NCBI GenBank assembly: GCA_965216315.1 | Contig: CBDCFN010000016.1 | Coordinates: forward strand, 1,600,001 to 1,664,000 | Length of the DNA stretch: 64,000 nucleotides | Reading direction: 5' to 3' | Origin: a bacterium | GTDB taxonomy: Bacteria; UBA10199; 2-02-FULL-50-16; JAJFLM01 | Shown here: positions 20,877-32,000 of the stretch, piece by piece | Layout of the letters: every line of letters begins with the position of its first letter | How positions within the stretch are numbered: the first letter of the stretch is position 1 | Position numbers and translations under genes: made by a program | Notes under the pieces: generated by a model | Database searches by the model: none | What the model was told of the DNA's origin: nothing | The model's input: only the letters and a program-made list of their open reading frames with translations

Positions 20877-21419
20877 TTACGAATACTTTACGAACGAACC
20901 AGGTTTTCCCCACTCGCCTTTTTCATAGCGATACTTTTTACTTTTATCGACCAGTAACTCACCCTCGTCGTTAACCCATATTTTCAAGCGTTCCAGTGGT
21001 CGCGGCGCAGGCCCTTCAAAATTAATCCCTTTTTTAGTAAAACCACTTCCATGACAGGGGCATTTAAATTTACTCTCGAGACTAAGCCACCGCGGGGTAC
21101 AGCCGAGATGGGTGCAAATCGCTAAGAGCGCAACAATTTCAGTCGGCGTGCGTTCGATCCAAACTCGATATTCCGTCTTGTATTTTTCGCTGACTTCACC
21201 GACGACGTAATCCTCAGGCCGACCGACTTTAACGATGGGTGAGGGTTCGAACAAAACCCGTGGAAACATGAAACGAAGAAACGCCAGGAGTCCGAGCCCA
21301 ATACCACCCAAAAAAGCACCCCAACCCGCAAAGCCAAAAAAATCACGGCGCGTCCACAGATTGCGTTCGTCGCGATCCTTTTTGAGCTGTCCCGATTCTG
21401 GGATAGTACTGCCCGACAT
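20877..21419 (-). CDS. Rieske 2Fe-2S subunit
   Basis: Tat motif TRRDFF; CTHLGC and CPCHGS; GPAPRPL. Confidence 0.95.
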   Translation of the reverse strand: MSGSTIPESGQLKKDRDERNLWTRRDFFGFAGWGAFLGGIGLGLLAFLRFMFPRVLFEPSPIVKVGRPEDYVVGEVSEKYKTEYRVWIERTPTEIVALLAICTHLGCTPRWLSLESKFKCPCHGSGFTKKGINFEGPAPRPLERLKIWVNDEGELLVDKSKKYRYEKGEWGKPGSFVKYS

Positions 21420-21528
21420 AACTTAGCTAACCCCTTGGAATTACTAGTAATTTTACACTGAGGCCGAAAGCGCTGACATACTAGCAATCTGACCTTTATT
21501 GTCAAGAATATGGGGCATTTGGCCTGAT

Positions 21529-22458
21529 TTAGCTCATAAAAACGACTGATCTGAGTACTTGACTCGCACTTTTTCCGACATCCACCCACTGGAGCTCCGG
21601 CTCTCCACGCAACCAGGTCAGCTGGCGTTTCGCATAGTGACGACTCGCTTGTTGGATCGCCGGAATCACTTGGTCCGCTGGGCGGACGCCCTCAAAAAGT
21701 TCGCGCCATTCACGATAACCAATGAGTTGAAATGCCGCGACCGCGCCACCCCATTTATCGAAAAGCCGTTGCGCTTCAGCTTGCCAACCTGCCGCAACCA
21801 TTCGCTCCACTCTCTCATTCACCCGCTTATAGAGCTCTTCGCGTTCACGCTGAAGCCCTATCATGACGTATTCATAGCGATGCTCTTGAAAGCGATGCGC
21901 CTGTTGATGATCTGAAATAGTCGTGCCGGTCTGCTCGTAAACTTCTAAGGCCCGCACGAGCCGAACGGGATCATTGGGATGAATGCGCTGGGCGGCTTCT
22001 GGATCAACTTCTTTAAGCCGGGCATGGAGCGCGCTTCCACCCTGCTGCTCAAATTCTTGTTGAAGTCGTTCTCGAATTTGCGGCTCAGGATCGGGCCCGC
22101 CAAACAGGCCCCGTAATAAGGCCTTTATATAGAAGGCTGTCCCCCCCACAACGAGCACCCGTTTGCCACGCTGGTGAATCTCTTGAATCGCCTGATCCGC
22201 TGCCCGCTGCCAGATCATCGCATCGGACTGAACATCGGCATCCCAAAGATCGATACAATGATGAGGGATACGAAGCTGCTCCTCTGCACTCGGCTTGGCC
22301 GTTCCAATATCGAATCGCCGATAAACCTGTCCCGCATCAGCACTCACAATCTCGGCATCCATCGCCTCCGCCATCTCAAGCGCCAATTCCGTCTTGCCGA
22401 CGCCCGTCGGACCACAGAGAATCAATAGTTTTTCCGCTATAGACACAGTATCCCGCAT
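21529..22458 (-). CDS. miaA: tRNA dimethylallyltransferase
   Basis: GPTGVGKT, DIGTAKP, VGGTAFY, RLVRALEV, YAKRQLTW. Confidence 0.96.
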   Translation of the reverse strand: MRDTVSIAEKLLILCGPTGVGKTELALEMAEAMDAEIVSADAGQVYRRFDIGTAKPSAEEQLRIPHHCIDLWDADVQSDAMIWQRAADQAIQEIHQRGKRVLVVGGTAFYIKALLRGLFGGPDPEPQIRERLQQEFEQQGGSALHARLKEVDPEAAQRIHPNDPVRLVRALEVYEQTGTTISDHQQAHRFQEHRYEYVMIGLQREREELYKRVNERVERMVAAGWQAEAQRLFDKWGGAVAAFQLIGYREWRELFEGVRPADQVIPAIQQASRHYAKRQLTWLRGEPELQWVDVGKSASQVLRSVVFMS

Positions 22459-22476
22459 ATATTATGTTTAAAATCG

Positions 22477-24411
22477 ATGCCTACCAAAGAGATTTCAAGC
22501 TCTCAGAAGGCGGCCACAAAGGGACGAAACGCCCTGATGCGCATTGGCATGTGGTTCCAGCGCAATTGGCTCCGCTTTAAGCGCTGGATGACCAATTACC
22601 TTAAAAGTAAGGCCAAGAATTTCCCGACAATCCCCCCTAAATCACGGCGCAAAGTCGTCGAAGAGATAATCCGAAATCCCGTTTTTATCAAGGCAACGGA
22701 GCAATTTGTAAGGGAAACCGGTTTCTCGGCCGATGAAGTCCAGGAAAAAGCCCGCGAGTACGTCAAAGAGATTGCCTCGGACCTCAACTACCTCAGCTTT
22801 CCACTCTGGGACGTTCTGCTAACCTGGGTATTCAACAAACTCTATGACGGTCTCCTTATAGATGAAGAGTCACTCGAAAAAATAAAGGCTCATGTCGGCA
22901 AGGCCCCTATTGTATTCGTCCCCAACCATCGCTCACACATGGACTATTTGTTGCTCTCTTATGTATTTTATTACCGGCAACTCCCGATGCTTTATATCTG
23001 CGCGGGAAAAAATATGAATTTTTGGCCGTTAGGAACATTGTTTCGCAAATCAGGCGCGTTTTTCATCCGGCGCAGTTTTGAAGGGAACCGGCTCTACCAG
23101 GCAGCGCTTTACTCCTACCTTCATTATCTACTCAAGGAAAAAGCTTTATTGGAATTTTTCATTGAGGGAACACGGAGCCGAACCGGCAAACTGCTTTCTC
23201 CCAAGCTCGGCATCTTATCGCTTCTCGTCAAGGCCTTTCAAGAGCAGGAAGACATCAAAGACGTCGTCTTCGTTCCCACGTCTGTCGTCTATGAATCGGT
23301 GATCGAAGAGAGAACTTACGAAAGCGAATCTCAGGGCAGCACCAAAAAAAATGAGAGTATTTGGGACGTTTTTCGCATCCGCAAGTATCTACGTGGCCGC
23401 TACGGCAAGGTTTATATCCGTTTTGCGGAACCGATCTCGGTTAAAGAGCTGCCGGCAACACAAGGTGAAGACGAAAGCGATCTGTTTGTTCCGCGACTCG
23501 CCAATAAAATTGGTTATGCCATCAATAGACACACAGTCGTCACTCCGACTTCGTTGGTTGCTATGTCTATTCTCACTCATGCCAATCCCGTCATTACTCG
23601 CGATGAAATTGAACTGCGCTGTAATCGTTTTCTGGATTACTTAAAATATAAGAACGCGCCCGTTTCCGACCTGATCATCAAACATCCTAAGGAGACAATT
23701 GAGGCCGCTATCGAGCAGTTTGTCCACTCGCGCGTCTTAAAGGAGCATGAAGATGATGACGGCATTTTTTACCGGCTTCCTCATAGTCGCCGCCGTAATC
23801 TCGAATTTTACAAGAATACCGGGGTTCATTTTTTTACATCGGCCGCCGCCGTTGCAAACATCCTGAATGCCGAGGAGTCCGCGCTCGTCTCTCAGCAGAG
23901 AATCGAGTCCGATATTGTTTTTTTACGTGATTTATTCAGTGACGAGTTCCGCTTTAGCAGCAGGAAAAGCCTGCATGAGCACATCAGCGCCATACTCGAC
24001 TTTTTTACCCAACAGGGCATCATCCATCAGGAAGGAACGGATTATCGTGTCAATCCTGACAAGCATCTGCTCCAGGAATATGCCGCCCTGATAGACAGCA
24101 CTCTCTCATTTTATTGGGGCCTCTTTAAAGTCATCTCTAATCTTCCAGATGAGAGCTTTAGCGAAGCGGATATAGTCAATCGATTACAAGATCGAATCCG
24201 CCTCCTCCTGATGCGCCACTTCATAATGCGGCAGGAAGCCATCTCGACTTTCTCGGTCCGTAACGCCTTACAAACCTGCGTGCGTTTCGGTTTTCTTGCG
24301 ATGGAAAAGGAAACGTCGGGTCGTCGCGTGCGCCGCCGTTACAAAAAAGCCGACAACCCGCAACTCCATGAATTCATCGCACATCTGCAACGCTACGTCA
24401 GTGCGACCTAA
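22477..24411 (+). CDS. PlsB-like glycerol-3-phosphate/DHAP acyltransferase
   Basis: PNHRSHMDY, GAFFIRRSF, FFIEGTRSRTGK. Confidence 0.88.
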   Translation: MPTKEISSSQKAATKGRNALMRIGMWFQRNWLRFKRWMTNYLKSKAKNFPTIPPKSRRKVVEEIIRNPVFIKATEQFVRETGFSADEVQEKAREYVKEIASDLNYLSFPLWDVLLTWVFNKLYDGLLIDEESLEKIKAHVGKAPIVFVPNHRSHMDYLLLSYVFYYRQLPMLYICAGKNMNFWPLGTLFRKSGAFFIRRSFEGNRLYQAALYSYLHYLLKEKALLEFFIEGTRSRTGKLLSPKLGILSLLVKAFQEQEDIKDVVFVPTSVVYESVIEERTYESESQGSTKKNESIWDVFRIRKYLRGRYGKVYIRFAEPISVKELPATQGEDESDLFVPRLANKIGYAINRHTVVTPTSLVAMSILTHANPVITRDEIELRCNRFLDYLKYKNAPVSDLIIKHPKETIEAAIEQFVHSRVLKEHEDDDGIFYRLPHSRRRNLEFYKNTGVHFFTSAAAVANILNAEESALVSQQRIESDIVFLRDLFSDEFRFSSRKSLHEHISAILDFFTQQGIIHQEGTDYRVNPDKHLLQEYAALIDSTLSFYWGLFKVISNLPDESFSEADIVNRLQDRIRLLLMRHFIMRQEAISTFSVRNALQTCVRFGFLAMEKETSGRRVRRRYKKADNPQLHEFIAHLQRYVSAT

Positions 24412-24540
24412 CGCCAACGAACGCACCGCCTCCGCACATCCCCTCAGCGTCAGGAATCAGTGTGATTAAATAATAGGCAAAGTGAAGAACTAGTGATTTT
24501 ATAAACGAAAAAATTCTCGGCTCGCGCCCCAGCTAATAAG

Positions 24541-24655
24541 TTATCCACAGAAAATGGGGACAACTCACAGCCCAAAATCGCTAAAAATGCACTGATTATA
24601 CGCACTTAGAGTGACCATACATGACCATACATGACCATACACAGCTTTATCCACA
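24541..24655 (+). promoter_or_regulatory. DnaA-box cluster with a 10-bp tandem repeat
   Basis: TTATCCACA at 24541 and 24647, degenerate boxes between; (TGACCATACA)x3 at 24612-24641. Confidence 0.55.
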
Positions 24656-24666
24656 GCACATCTTTT

Positions 24667-24738
24667 GGGTCGACACATAGGTCGACCCCTACGTATAAAG
24701 AAGACCTATGCTGTAGGGGCAGACTCATGTGTCTGCCC
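24667..24738. repeat. Pair of outward-facing GTAG-type REP elements
   Basis: GTAGGGGTCGACCTATGTGTCGACCC (minus, 24692-24667) and GTAGGGGCAGACTCATGTGTCTGCCC (plus, 24713-24738). Confidence 0.75.
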
Positions 24739-24759
24739 TTTTATCAAAGGAGATTCCCC

Positions 24760-25908
24760 ATGCCAGAAGCTTATATCGTTGATGCCTGTCGGACCCCGCG
24801 CGCCAAACGCAAAGGTTCCTTAAGTTTCACTCACCCGATTGATGTCGCGGTCACGCCCCTCAAGGCCATTGTGGAACGGAACCAACTCGACCCCGCCCTC
24901 GTCGAAGATGTCATCTTTGGGTGTGTCTCCCAGCGAGAAGAGCAAGACAACGTCATCGCCCGCGAAGCCATTTTGGCCGCCGGCTTTCCGGAATCCGTGC
25001 CTGGATTTACGATCAATCGCTTCTGCGCCTCGGGACTCACGGCTTGTAATATGGCGGCTCATACGGTCATGGCGGGACAGGCGGACCTGGTCGTTGCCGG
25101 CGGCGTTGAACACATGACGCGAGTTCCGATGAATATTAATTTTGATATGAAAGGCTCGCTCCTTGCCGAACGCTATCCGAAACTTGTCCCGCAAGGCGTC
25201 AGCGCCGAGATGATTGCCGAAAAGTATCAGTTCACGCGCGATGAACTCGACGGCTTTGCAGTTGAAAGTCAGAAGCGCGCGGCCGAGGCATGGGAAAAAG
25301 GTAAGTTTGATCGCAGCATTATTCCCGTACAGGCCAAAGGGGAAGACGGGGCACGTTTTGAATTTAAACAAGACGAGCACATGCGTCCCGGCACGACCAA
25401 AGAAGCGCTGGCGGGCCTTAAGACTATCTTCAAGGAAGATGGCGGCGTCATCCACGCCGGCAACTCTTCAGGCATTGTCGACGGCGCCGCCGCGGTCATG
25501 TTTGCCTCTAAAAAGGCGTGTGAGCAATACGGGCTCAAGCCGCGCGCTAAAATCACCTCCACGCAAACCATCGGGTCGGAACCCATTATCATGTTACTCG
25601 GACCCATCCCCTGCACCGAAAAAATCTTGGCTAAAAGTGAGCTCAACATCGGTGACATCGATCTCTTTGAGGTCAACGAGGCCTTCGCACCGGTTCCGCT
25701 CGCGTGGTCCCGTGACATGAAGGCGTCGCTTGAGAAGACGAACGTCAATGGCGGGGCCATCGCCCTTGGGCATCCCCTCGGCGCAACCGGAGCGATGTTG
25801 TTGGGAACCTTGCTAGACGAATTGGAAGCCCAGGATAAAAAACGCGGTCTTGTAACCCTATGCGTTGGACTTGGTATGGCGAGTGCAACGATAATTGAAC
25901 GAGTGTAA
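24760..25908 (+). CDS. Acetyl-CoA C-acyltransferase (thiolase)
   Basis: NRFCASG, NEAF, GGAIALGHPLGATG, LCVGLG; AAGGAG RBS before MPEAY. Confidence 0.96.
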   Translation: MPEAYIVDACRTPRAKRKGSLSFTHPIDVAVTPLKAIVERNQLDPALVEDVIFGCVSQREEQDNVIAREAILAAGFPESVPGFTINRFCASGLTACNMAAHTVMAGQADLVVAGGVEHMTRVPMNINFDMKGSLLAERYPKLVPQGVSAEMIAEKYQFTRDELDGFAVESQKRAAEAWEKGKFDRSIIPVQAKGEDGARFEFKQDEHMRPGTTKEALAGLKTIFKEDGGVIHAGNSSGIVDGAAAVMFASKKACEQYGLKPRAKITSTQTIGSEPIIMLLGPIPCTEKILAKSELNIGDIDLFEVNEAFAPVPLAWSRDMKASLEKTNVNGGAIALGHPLGATGAMLLGTLLDELEAQDKKRGLVTLCVGLGMASATIIERV

Positions 25909-26013
25909 GGCCCAACGTAATCGGTTGTGAACGAGGATCGGATTCATTCCGTCCGAGTGGAACCCTATTCGGGGTTTGGGGGTGTTGGGCGCAGCACACA
26001 CCCCCATTATGAA

Positions 26014-26058
26014 GTTGGACTTGGGATGGCAAGCGCGACGATTATTGAGAGGGTGTAG
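26014..26058 (+). repeat. Synonymously recoded duplicate of the thiolase last 14 codons plus stop
   Basis: Encodes VGLGMASATIIERV*, same as 25864-25908, with 9 silent nucleotide differences. Confidence 0.9.
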
Positions 26059-29000
26059 CAGCGGATCGAAGCCGTTCATAGGCCTCACTTTCGTACCAAC
26101 TCTTTAACTCTTGCGTGATGACACCGCGGATGCGATCGGCAGAGACCACCGCTGTAAAAGAGCCATCGGCCTCCGCGCGCTCTAAGGTACTCATCCACCC
26201 AATCACGGTATCAACCATTTTTTCAGCCAATATACCCGCTTCCGATTCAGGCCGCCCTTGTTCAATCAGAATATGGGTCATCTGCCGCACCGTCGCCTTG
26301 TAAAATCCAATCCCCTTCCAACCCTTGGCATCCAATACCGCTTCATAAGAAGAAGGATCCGCGTAGACCTTAATATGACCTGCATCGGCTAGCGTTTCCA
26401 GTTTACGGAGATCAACCTCAGTCCCATCTTCTAACGGAACCTTCAATTTCATCCCCAATTCTTTCGCTACCGTGACCTTCATACCGCCTAGTACTTTCTT
26501 ACGTGGGCCAGCCCAAAGATAGACAGGGGCGGGATGATTGACAATGGCCGATAACAACCGCGCCCCATTCTGACCACTACCCGCCACCGACCGCGGATCA
26601 TATCCCGACGCCGCCAAATCACCGACAATGGGCACCCAGGGAAAGTGTTGGGTCATGAACTCGATAAAGCTGGCTAAGTCACCCGCCCCGCGCGGACTCA
26701 GTGTCATCGGTGGATTCCAGTTGAGGTCCTTTCTTGTCAGCTTATTGCCATCCGCATCATAAACTTCGCGGTCAATGTACTGAATGTCGCCCGCTTCATC
26801 CCGGGGAAATTCCATGATCATCTGGGCGCCAACGCCGGCGACGGGAAAGCCGCTCATGCGTGCCATCCCGGCGATGGCATAATGATCCGTGTCAGAAATG
26901 CGATTAAAGGTCCCGGCATCAAAAAGGGCTTCCAACTCGTCGGCCACATCATAGTTGCCACTCTGGGGATCAACCGGCAGACCAAGCTCCTTTCGTTCTT
27001 GATTCACGCGCGTTACGGACGCCTCAATACGGGCATTGATGTCATTTGATCCACGCGGCGTGAAAGGTCTCACCTCTGAAACGATTTCACTCAGCTGCTC
27101 CCAGCTATAAGGTTGTGTAATATCGGGTATGGTTTGGTTGGCCGGGTCGTCCAAGCCCTTTAACACGGCAAGCAAGGCATCCACTTCCGAATGAGCGACT
27201 TGAGTCGTCAGGCCTTCGGCCTTCATGCGGTTGGCCCCGCCTAATTCGATGGTATCGAAGAAGAGTGCCTGTCCGAATATATTGTTAATCGCATCGGCTC
27301 CCGTCAGCAACATGACAGCGCCATCTAATAAGGCACGCTCCGCCGCGCTCATTTCGTCTTCCCGAAGCTCGTTGTTCGGATCGCCTCGCTGAATGCGCAT
27401 GGCACGTGCCAGGATGTAAAGGTACATCCCGATGCCAACTACGGTCACGCGATTGCGGCCGCGCCCTTTCCCTCCCAGCACCGCACTAAACGTCGGAACT
27501 TCTGCAGCCGCTCGGGCCATCGCGCCCGCAGTCAAACCCGATCCCAATAAACTTTTTTGATTCACGCCACCTTGCAACAAACTACAGGGCCGAAAATTGG
27601 ATTGACCCTCCGCTCCTTCCCAATCTCCTTTAAAGACCTCCTGCCATGACGCTGCACCCAAGGCACGAACGACGGCCTCGACCTGCTTCGCCGTCAGATA
27701 AATATCCTCGCCAGTCTCATCACTGCTCAAACGCGCAGGCTGACCCGGATGACGCGGAATCAGCGCGTGAGGCAGGGCCATTTGCGCGCCGGGAGTTTCC
27801 GCCAAATAAATCGGCGGATACCCCTGTTGCCGGGCATATTCCATCGCCAGCCAAAAAAACTTGGCACTTTCAATATCAACCGCGGCTCTTTTGGCCACAG
27901 GATGAGTTGGGTCGTTCCCAATCACCACGCAAGTGATCCCTTCCGGGTGGTTCGGAAGTTTCAATCTCACCTGAAAAGCCGCTACCCCGGTCGGATTAAG
28001 CCCAGCGGGACGCCGGCCAATCCGAAAAAGGCCTTCATCATCGATATACATCTCTCGAATCGCATCCATGTCGAGTGGCGGCGCCGGTGATCCGACATCT
28101 TCCCATAATTTTTCATAGGCCTCGGGTAAAAGCCTTTGCACACGGTCATAAACAAACACCCCACCTAGATTTTTCGCCAAAGTCCGCCGTTTATCGATTG
28201 GAGATTTATCCTCCATTTGTTCTTCGGCATCACGGTAATCATCATCCGGGCTTAAATGAATATTACCCGTACGAAGCATGCGTTCTAATACATTGCGCCG
28301 AACCAAAACCCAACGTCTTCCACTGGGTGTCTCCGCCGAGACAATATACCGTACACTGACGAGGGGTGAACCGATATCAGTATCACTTATAAAGGTCAGG
28401 GCAGTTACACGTCGTGGCGGCATTCTCTCATCTAAGCTCACTTCAAGGCGGGCCTGAATCACAAGTTGTTCTAAATCGATGCCCGCTCGATCATAGGAAG
28501 ATTCTCTCGCAAAGGCGGCCATTAATTCTTCCCAGACAGCAGGAGTTTGATACTGAACACCTTCGACATAGATTCTCATGCGTTGCCATTGAGAAACTTC
28601 ACCCGTCTCCAACTGACGGTGCAATTCCTCACTCATGCGGCGATGGCGCCTCAACAGTCCGGGCATTCGGCCGTGCTTAGACACCAAGGCATCATCCGGG
28701 GCCAGTAAATACGAAGCCATATAAAGAGATGTTTGGTCGGACTGACTGCTATGGAGACGCAAGATCAACGCCGTTTTCACCTCAAAAGGCTGCACATAAT
28801 CAATGTGCCGGTAGTTGCCCAGACGTTGCAATCCGTAGCGATGCCCAAAGGCCGGATCGATCCCGAGCAATGCGGGATCTACCGCAAATGAGCGCTCGCC
28901 GGGCAATGTAATATGGTAACCCAAGCGAAATTTTTCCTGATCATAGCGCACCCGGTTACGTAGAGTAACGTATTGAGGCCTGTTACCCCGTCCCCGATCA

Positions 29001-32000
29001 ATCACAAAAGTCAGGCGCCACACTCGATCACGAATGGAATCCCATTCCGGTGATTCAACAATACTATTAAACACGTTGTTTAAATGTGCCGCGCGGTCTT
29101 GAATAGGATCTTCTCGACTTGTCGGACCGCGCGCCATCCTGACGGATCCAGAAAAAATCTTATCCGGTACGATAATTTTTATCGTCCTATCATCGCTAAT
29201 GGTCCGGCTATCATCCTTTACTTGTGCGAGTATCGTGCGATACGCGTCTTCGAGAGTTTCCCGGTGAACAATATAATGATAGTGGCATTGGGCGTAACGT
29301 CTATCCCCTTCGACGCGCTTCATATCCTTGACAACAGCGCGACGCAGCTTCGGTGATAGCTGAACGACTTCCGGAATATCATAACCTCGCGCCTCCATCG
29401 GGCGCAGAAACTCTATTTCCGCAGCGAGGTCCTGCACTTCGGGTGTCCAGCGCGTATGCGGCCTCAAGAAGCGCAATAACCGCCCGAGCATGGGATAGGG
29501 AGATCGTGATGTAACGCGAATCAGGGCCTGGCGTTCCGGATCACCTGGATTACGCTGCGCCGCCTCTTCAAATGTCGCGATAAATTGTTGTTCGATGAAA
29601 CGTCGAAACGGACCGCGCGCCAATGGAGCCAACGCAACTAGGTCCTCGACAATCTGCGCCATCGTTCGTGCACTATCTGCATCATAGCGCGGCAAAGCGA
29701 GCACAAAGCCCTCCGCTTTATCTCCCTGGACATAAAGTCGACGTCTCTGTTGTGACTCCAGCACCCCAACCCGCATACCCGCTGTATCGTGGCTTAAAAA
29801 ATGTCCTTCGAGAAGATGTCGTGACCCAAGAGGAAGCTGTCGTGGTTGAAAGGATACCGACTCGACTCGGCGACCACTGTAGTCGAGTAGTTGCAAATGG
29901 AGATTGCGATTTTCTTTCGCGGCACGTTCGACCTTGAGATGGAATAAAAGAGGTACGCTCGCATCCTGCTCTCCATCAAGCCCGCGCCACAAGGGAAACA
30001 AAGTCGCAACCGGCTGCCCATGCTCATACAAGACGACATTATCAATATTAATACGCCCATCGACTTCCGTGATGACAGGCCATACCTCAAACTTCTTGCG
30101 CAAAGCCCGTATGCCGAAAAGTCGATGCCAACGGCCCCGCTGACTCGCTAAAGCATGTGCAAGAGGTCCCGAAGCGATTGAGTCATCTCCACGTAAGAGC
30201 CGTTGATATAATGCAACAGCGCCATCGTCACCGTCTATGACGGTCAAGACCGTATTCCTGAAGCCACTCTGTTCCGGACTCACGACAAACCGATTATCCT
30301 CGTCCGCCCTCGGCGGAAAGCGCTCCATAAGTCCTGCACGTTGGTGGCCCTGTTCTAATAAAACCGGAATCGTTCTGATCAGAGCCAAGCGCTCCGGATC
30401 CAGCAGCGCCCTAAGCTCAGCATCTTGATGAAACGTCTCAAAACGTTGGGGGACAGATTCGGGAAGATTATCCGGTAGCTGCGTCACCCAATCATCATAT
30501 AGTTTGCTTTGCCTGAATGAATCGATCTGACTGAGTGTTCCGCGTAAAGTCACTGCATCGTTGGCATCAACGTCTCGCAACGTCTCATGGAAACGCCACG
30601 GTTTCAGGGCAAAAACCCAGCGTAACAGATGACGCCAAACATATTTGAGGCCCTCTCGTTCTTGCCGACTGGTAGAATTCTGATACTCCTTATCTATTGC
30701 CATCATCTCGGTGACGACATGTGGCAGGGCTTGCACGAGCGCCGCAAGAGCTTGAGGCGTGTGCTCGCGTTGCGCTCGTTCAACGATGCCCACAAGACGG
30801 GTTCGATTGAGTCCCCTCTCCAGGAGAGCCGGCATATCCACTCCCCAACGAACGTGGCTTCGTACCATACGTTCTGCGGCACTACTGCGGCCACTCCGAA
30901 ATGGCGTTGTTGTACCGCGACGATGCGTCAGCCACATAAAACTGATCGGATAAGTCAGGCCATCGAGCTCTGCATAGAGTTCTTTTGAAAACACCCCACC
31001 CTGCGCTTGGTTTGCTTCAGTAATCCGCTGCATGACGTCTTGCTGAACCGCTGCAGCGACGACAGCGCGAATCAACGAATTAACTTCACTGAACTGATGC
31101 GGTGGCTGAAAAAATTCACTCAAACGTCGTTCATGGAGTTGTAAGACTTGGGCATCCCAACGAAAGCTAACGGCGGGTCGAGCTTCCATCTTAATCGGCT
31201 CATCGCGCGAATCTATTGTCATCAATTCTGTGTAAAGGGCCTTCCCCTCCCAAATGATCTGAAGCGTCATCTCTCCAAGATCATCACAATCTGGAGCTGA
31301 TAACGCACGACCGTAATGCGACCACTCAGCAACGAACTCTGGCCAGGCCATTGCTTTCAATTGCTCAACATCATTCTTCGCGATAAGCCCTCTAAGATAG
31401 CGTTGGACCGCGTGAGCGGCATAGAGACGCACCAATAAATCGCAGCGAGTGACCTGTTTGGGTAATTGAAAGAAGAGCTTGAGGCGCTCTTGGCCAAGAG
31501 GATGCGGTCCAAAGTCATAGGGGCCGAGTCGCGGCAACAGGTGGTCTCCATTGAGCCATGTGTCGGCACCCTGAGTGAGGCGAACAACATAACTCTCTTC
31601 AGCCTCACTTGACCCTGTCTCTGCAGCGATTTCCGGATAGATAAAGGAAGGAACAATCGCACGTCGGGCTCGTGCGAGCTGACCGATAATAGCAACATAT
31701 GTTTTCCCATACTGCGGTGATGTTTCAGCCTGAACCAGCTGAATTGATAAAGCGCTCGCCTCCCGCGCCGCAGCGCGAACCGTGTCGACATCAATAGCAC
31801 GGTCGATACATCCTAATTGTAAGTTAACGAGCGGTAAGAGCTGTCGATTAAATTCATTGGCTTGAGTTATCGAGAAGGACTCACCGTGGAGGAGTGATTC
31901 GGCACGATCAAGGCGGGCGATGAGTTGCGGTCGATGAAGTGTAGCGAGACTCGCACTCGCTAGTTGAAGCGAACCTGATGACAGCCCCTGCAAAGCCTGA

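Noticed and set aside
24612..24641. (TGACCATACA)x3 as a CRISPR array
   Set aside because: 10-bp head-to-tail units with no spacers and no cas genes
24820..25760. Long antisense or alternate-frame ORFs over the thiolase (likewise 4596-5084, 11815-12390, 40044-40598, 51502-52086)
   Set aside because: Shadow ORFs of well-supported genes with no motifs or RBS
25906..26058. Stop read-through joining the two thiolase tails
   Set aside because: Same frame, but a second in-frame TAA follows three codons later
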